Part shown: positions 27,590-32,000 of the stretch, one piece after another
How positions within the stretch are numbered: the stretch's first letter is position 1
Layout of the letters: each line of letters starts with the position of its first letter
From: Ignicoccus islandicus DSM 13165
GTDB taxonomy: Archaea; Thermoproteota; Thermoprotei_A; Sulfolobales; Ignicoccaceae
Direction of reading: 5' to 3'
Length of the DNA stretch: 32,000 bases
NCBI RefSeq assembly: GCF_001481685.1
Contig: NZ_CP006867.1
Location: 660,001 to 692,000 of the forward strand
The notes under the pieces: model-generated
The model's database searches: none
Told to the model about the DNA's origin: nothing
Seen by the model: only the letters and a program-made list of their open reading frames with translations
Position numbers and translations under genes: made by a program

Positions 27590-27712
27590 AGCGCGAACAT
27601 CCGATGAAGACCGATGGGCGGACTGAAGAACTCATGTGGATACATTGTAGCGCCGAGGAGCCCTTCATCACTTATATATTTCTATTAAGATAAAGCATAT
27701 AGGTTGGAGATC

Positions 27713-28540
27713 ATGATAATTCGTAGAGTGAAAACTGGAGTTCCTGGAATGGACGAAATACTTTACGGAGGAATTCCCGAAAGGAACGTAGTTCTCTTAA
27801 GCGGAGGTCCTGGTACTGGGAAGAGCATATTCTCTCAACAATTCTTGTGGTATGGCCTTCAGCAAGGCGAACCAGGCATCTACGTGGCTCTAGAGGAACA
27901 CCCTGTTCAAATAAAGAGAAATATGATTCAATTCGGATGGGATGTTAGGCCCTATGAAAAGAAGGGCATGTTCGCCATCGTTGATGCCTTTACCGGAGGC
28001 ATTGGCGAGACCGCAAAGAGGGAGAAGTACGTAGTTAGAGATCCAACCGATGTGGGCTTGCTTGTAGATGTAATAAAGGAGGCCATAAGGGATACTGGTG
28101 CGAAGCGAGCTGCAATAGACTCCGTTTCAACCTTGTACCTAACTAAACCTGTAATAGCTAGGAGCGTCGTCATGCAACTCAAGAGGGTGCTCAGCGGTTT
28201 AGGCCTCACTAGCATTCTCGTAAGCCAAGTATCTGCCCAAGAGAGGGGATTCGGCGGGCCCGGTGTTGAGCACGCGGCTGACGGTATAATAAGACTTGAT
28301 CTGGATGAGTACGACGGAGAACTTTACAGGTCGCTAATTGTATGGAAAATGAGGGGAACGAAACACTCCATGAGACGTCACCCCTTCGATATAACCGATC
28401 ACGGTTTGATAGTGTATTACAACAAAGTTCTAAGGGTAAGAGGTGGTAGAGCTTTCATCGAACAACTTCCTGAGAAAGTAGTGGAAGAGATGGAGAAGGC
28501 TGCACAGAAGGTTGAAGACGTCTATGAAGAAGCCGAATAA
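27713..28540 (+). CDS. Single-domain KaiC-like/RadA-superfamily ATPase
   Basis: [44 protein letters not shown] and [14 protein letters not shown] 27713 follows an upstream CTTATATATTT TATA-like box at about 27671. Confidence 0.9.
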   Translation: MIIRRVKTGVPGMDEILYGGIPERNVVLLSGGPGTGKSIFSQQFLWYGLQQGEPGIYVALEEHPVQIKRNMIQFGWDVRPYEKKGMFAIVDAFTGGIGETAKREKYVVRDPTDVGLLVDVIKEAIRDTGAKRAAIDSVSTLYLTKPVIARSVVMQLKRVLSGLGLTSILVSQVSAQERGFGGPGVEHAADGIIRLDLDEYDGELYRSLIVWKMRGTKHSMRRHPFDITDHGLIVYYNKVLRVRGGRAFIEQLPEKVVEEMEKAAQKVEDVYEEAE

Positions 28541-28575
28541 ACCTCCTTTCGACACATGTCAATCGGCTGAGGAAA

Positions 28576-28770
28576 TTGAAGTGCTTGAATTACAATAAGT
28601 TCCTAGTTTCTCTAGTAATTGCTGGTTTGATCTCAACCGTAATAGGCTATGGCCTCCTTGGTTACTACTTCGCCCTCAATGTATTCATATCGTCTTTATC
28701 TTTCGCTCTAGCTCTAATAGTTTCAACCTTCGTTGTTGAGGTGATATGTAATTGGAGCGGATATTGTTAA
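28576..28770 (+). CDS. Small membrane protein (64 aa)
   Basis: Two predicted TM helices; its end overlaps the start of the subtilase gene. Confidence 0.55.
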   Translation: MKCLNYNKFLVSLVIAGLISTVIGYGLLGYYFALNVFISSLSFALALIVSTFVVEVICNWSGYC

Positions 28771-30140
28771 CGTTCTTCTTAATCCTCTTGCTATCGTTCT
28801 CAGCTTCTGCTGAGGTAATTCAATTGAAGGACATTGGTTGGATTTACGGTCCTAACGGCCTCACTGCCATTAGGGGTGGTGGGAATCCCATTCGCGAATT
28901 GCTACTCGATAATTACGTTGCCAGTCACGTTGCGCAATCGTCCTCTGGTTCTTGTAAATACGGTTGGTGGAGCGAGGTACTAGGCGTTAGTTACGCTAGG
29001 GACCACGGTCTCGATGGTACTGGAGTCAAGGTATTGGTAATAGACAGTGGCGTTGATGATAACGTTTTGCAAGAAGCATTAGGGAGGAAGATTGATTATC
29101 ACTTCAATGCAGCTTATGAAGTATACAAGGACTTATGTTTAGGCAATTTGACTATTAATGGCATTGAATATTGCTATATAGATAAGTACAAGTTGGACTC
29201 TTGGCGAACGGAATACGTGGCAATTCCTCTCTCCCCAGTTGACGAGATAGGTCATGGTACGGCTGTGGCGGCAACGGTCCTTTCAGTTGCACCGAACGTA
29301 ACCCTTTACTCGGCAAAGGTTAACATAGACCTAATTGATATTGACGATCGAGGAAATGTATACATCATTCAAAGCCTCCTTGATCCACTTGCCATTCACT
29401 GGGCCCTTGCGAAAGCAGTCTACGGCCCTGATGGAGTACCGAATACAAATGACGATGTTGACGTGGTTAACATGAGTCTGGGTGGCGTAATTTATCCATT
29501 GCCTTCATATCTTTCCGTAATAAACCTCGGAGACGAGCTGTTAGCTTGGTATATATTCAAACAACCAATTAGCGAAAATAGTAACAGAGTATTATTTGTA
29601 GCATCAGCTGGGAATTCGGGCGATAGGGTCGTTTCAATACCGGCAATAGTCGAAGAGGTAGTAGGTGTTTCTGCATTAGAGTATTACAACGGCGAATGGA
29701 AATTGGCTTCCTTTAGTACTACGGGATTAGGCGTAGACTTCGCGTCACTTGGTTCCGGTCTGTACTTACCTGTACCTAAGGATTCCCTCATTGCTAGGTT
29801 GATTACAGACGGATGTGGTACTGAAGGTAACTACACTAAGTGGGTTAGACTAGACGGCACGTCGTTTTCGTCACCCCTCGTCGCTGGAATAGCTGCCTTA
29901 TGGAAGCAATACACTAATGCAGAAGGAAACGAACTTTTCAAGATATTAGCGAACCATGCAATGGACGTTCTATCTAGTGGAAAGGATCTAGAAAGCGGTT
30001 ACGGCGTACCAATTGCTCCGTTCTACGAACCTCCCAACAGTAGTCAAGTTAGCTCGAGCGTGCCCTCAACTCCTCTAGCAGTATTCCTTTACCCCTTACT
30101 TAGATCTATTAGGAACTATATGATAAGGAAAATCAGGTAG
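28752..30140 (+). CDS. Secreted subtilisin-like serine protease (S8)
   Basis: Signal peptide MERILLTFFLILLLSFSASA; catalytic blocks VLVIDSGVDD, GHGTAVAATV and GTSFSSPLVAGIAAL. Apparent TTG start. Confidence 0.93.
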   Translation: MERILLTFFLILLLSFSASAEVIQLKDIGWIYGPNGLTAIRGGGNPIRELLLDNYVASHVAQSSSGSCKYGWWSEVLGVSYARDHGLDGTGVKVLVIDSGVDDNVLQEALGRKIDYHFNAAYEVYKDLCLGNLTINGIEYCYIDKYKLDSWRTEYVAIPLSPVDEIGHGTAVAATVLSVAPNVTLYSAKVNIDLIDIDDRGNVYIIQSLLDPLAIHWALAKAVYGPDGVPNTNDDVDVVNMSLGGVIYPLPSYLSVINLGDELLAWYIFKQPISENSNRVLFVASAGNSGDRVVSIPAIVEEVVGVSALEYYNGEWKLASFSTTGLGVDFASLGSGLYLPVPKDSLIARLITDGCGTEGNYTKWVRLDGTSFSSPLVAGIAALWKQYTNAEGNELFKILANHAMDVLSSGKDLESGYGVPIAPFYEPPNSSQVSSSVPSTPLAVFLYPLLRSIRNYMIRKIR

Positions 30141-30168
30141 CGTTTTAACTAATACGTCCTTCCGCTCC

Positions 30169-31116
30169 TTGACTGATAGAGGCGAGAAGCAAGTGAACGA
30201 CCTCGAGCTATACTTGAAGGCCGGTGAGGCCGTTTCCAAGGCTCTTGAACGAGGTTTCGAGTTAGTAAAACCCAACGCGAGCGTTCTGGAGATATGCGAA
30301 GAAGTGGAAGACGTTATTAGGAAACTGTCAGATGGTCCAGCCTTCCCATGTAACCTGAGCGTTTCCTATGAAGCGGCGCACTATTCACCTATACCAGACG
30401 ACAACAAGAAACTGCCCGAGAAAGGTATAGTAAAACTTGACTTAGGCGCACATGTACAAGGCAGGATAGCGGATGCAGCTATAAGCATTGTTCTAGACGA
30501 AAGCGTTAAGAAGCACGTGAAACTGTCTAACGCCGTTAAAATGGCATTACATAGAGCTATCGAGAAAGTCAAACCGAACGTACCGGTCGCTCTAATCGGT
30601 TCTACCATTAACTATACGCTTAAGAAGGAGGGTTTCAAGCCTATCAGGAACTTAGGTGGACACAGTCTGGGTTTGTACTTAGTTCACTCGGGCGTAAGCA
30701 TTCCCAACGTACCGGAGAGACTACCATTTAGATTAGAGAAAGGAGGTGCTTATGCAATAGAACCGTTCGGTACGGATGGTGCGGGATACGTTGTAGAGGG
30801 AGAAGAAGTAACGATATTCTCGCTAAATCCTCGACCCCCGAAACACTCCTTACTAAAGGTAAGCGATGAGGAGAAACATTTAATGGTTGAAATAGAAAAT
30901 AGGTTCAAGACGTTACCATTCTCTCCGCGATGGCTGCTAGACGTTTACCCCTATGATAGACTGATCGAAATATTAGCGTCATTGACCAAGAAGGGAATTC
31001 TGATAGATTACCCCGTGTTACTAGAGGCGAAGAGAGGAGAAGTAGCTCAATGGGAACACACTATACTTATAACTGATAAGGAAGCGATCGTCACCACGAA
31101 GACTTCTTTGCATTGA
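30169..31116 (+). CDS. map: Methionine aminopeptidase, type II
   Basis: FPCNLSVSYEAAHYSP, KLDLGAHVQGRIADAAIS, NLGGHSLGLYLVHSG, YAIEPFGTDG. Confidence 0.95.
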   Translation: MTDRGEKQVNDLELYLKAGEAVSKALERGFELVKPNASVLEICEEVEDVIRKLSDGPAFPCNLSVSYEAAHYSPIPDDNKKLPEKGIVKLDLGAHVQGRIADAAISIVLDESVKKHVKLSNAVKMALHRAIEKVKPNVPVALIGSTINYTLKKEGFKPIRNLGGHSLGLYLVHSGVSIPNVPERLPFRLEKGGAYAIEPFGTDGAGYVVEGEEVTIFSLNPRPPKHSLLKVSDEEKHLMVEIENRFKTLPFSPRWLLDVYPYDRLIEILASLTKKGILIDYPVLLEAKRGEVAQWEHTILITDKEAIVTTKTSLH

Positions 31117-31131
31117 TCTTACGGTGAGAGG

Positions 31132-32000
31132 TTGTTCGGAGAATGGTTCTTGTTAAGGCCTGATGCAATAAGTGTGTGGAAGGATCCTGAAGTAAATAGA
31201 AGACTGAAATGGTATAAATCAGTAATGCTTAACAAGAGGCAAGCGAAGTTCCTAATAGCTAGGTCGATCCCGAGCGGTTATACCTTCAAAGAATTAACGA
31301 AACTAACAGAGGAAGAACTCTGGAGACTACACTCATCCTTAAAGAAGGAATTCTCGTATAAGTGGGAAGAGGCTAGGAAGGGCGAATGGTTCAAAACAGT
31401 AGAAGGTAACTTCCTAGACTTGAAGGCCGTTCTTGTACGGAAACTGGTATCGCCGAAATGTCGCTTGTGCGAAAGGCGTTGCAACGTTGATCGATCAAAG
31501 AGAATAGGTGCTTGTTTCGTTGACGATAAAGTTTACGTGCATTCGGCGTTTCTTCATTTAGGCGAGGAAGCGCCGTTGGTACCGTCAGGCACCATTTTCT
31601 ACGGGGGTTGTCCGTTTAAGTGCGTCTTTTGTCAGAATTGGGACGTGAGTCAAGCTAACGCTAGGAACGGACAGATTACGTACGCGAAAGAACTTGCTAG
31701 AATACAAGAAGGTCTTAGATTAGAGGGAGCTAGGAACGTGAATCACGTAGGTGGAGATCCTATTCCATCAGCTCACGAAATAGTTTCTTCAATGAGATTT
31801 TTGAACGTAAACGTTCCACAACTATGGAACAGCAACATGTATATGACTTCCGAATTGATGGATATAATAGAGGATCTGATAGACATATGGCTCCCCGACT
31901 TCAAATACTGGAACGATAATTGCGCATTGAGACTCTCAGGTGTGAAGAATTATAGAGAAGTGGTCACTAGAAACATCGAAAGAGCCTCAAAGAGCGGAGA
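31132..32000 (+). CDS. Radical SAM protein, PflA-like (partial, runs off window)
   Basis: Hand translation of the same frame after the map stop gives ...CRLCERRCNVDRSKRIGACF...GTIFYGGCPFKCVFCQNWDVSQA...GGDPIPSAHEI, with the CxxxCxxC cluster motif. Start TTG 31132 is inferred. Confidence 0.9.
   Translation, partial: MFGEWFLLRPDAISVWKDPEVNRRLKWYKSVMLNKRQAKFLIARSIPSGYTFKELTKLTEEELWRLHSSLKKEFSYKWEEARKGEWFKTVEGNFLDLKAVLVRKLVSPKCRLCERRCNVDRSKRIGACFVDDKVYVHSAFLHLGEEAPLVPSGTIFYGGCPFKCVFCQNWDVSQANARNGQITYAKELARIQEGLRLEGARNVNHVGGDPIPSAHEIVSSMRFLNVNVPQLWNSNMYMTSELMDIIEDLIDIWLPDFKYWNDNCALRLSGVKNYREVVTRNIERASKSG

Noticed and set aside
27493-27693. ORF 27493-27693 (+)
   Set aside because: Out-of-frame with the GPT-like gene end, then spans the candidate RNA island; no coding signal.
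27713-28540. KaiC-like ATPase as part of a clock or signalling system
   Set aside because: Single-domain KaiC-like ATPases are common in archaea and there is no KaiA/KaiB or sensor gene nearby.

Overview
This is a gene-dense archaeal window. The gene content (archaeal type II GAPDH, RNase P proteins Rpp21 and Rpp30, aIF2-beta, L14e, archaeal POR operon, Trm1, encoded CCA tails on tRNAs, an intron in a tRNA) suggests a hyperthermophilic crenarchaeon. An Ignicoccus/Desulfurococcales origin is only my inference. Most CDSs are housekeeping: gap, feoB, rnp4, CRM-domain protein, trm1, ABC exporter, aIF2-beta, transketolase N-half, RlmI-like methyltransferase, rnp3, mdh, site-2 protease, rpl14e, truD, porCDAB, PfpI/DJ-1, GPT/MraY-like transferase, KaiC-like ATPase, subtilase, map and a radical SAM protein. 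The least ordinary elements are: (1) a 1232-aa secreted, extremely Thr/Ile/Val-rich protein at 21131-24829; (2) a tRNA-like element at 5741-5798 with an initiator-like A1-U72 acceptor stem and a perfect T arm but no D arm or anticodon arm; (3) a GC-rich, foldable intergenic island behind its own TATA-like box at 14404-14477, with two weaker islands at about 25917-25984 and 27595-27660 that share GATGA-type motifs; (4) a palindromic element overlapping the likely por operon TATA box. No CRISPR array, transposase, integrase or clear defence system is visible.
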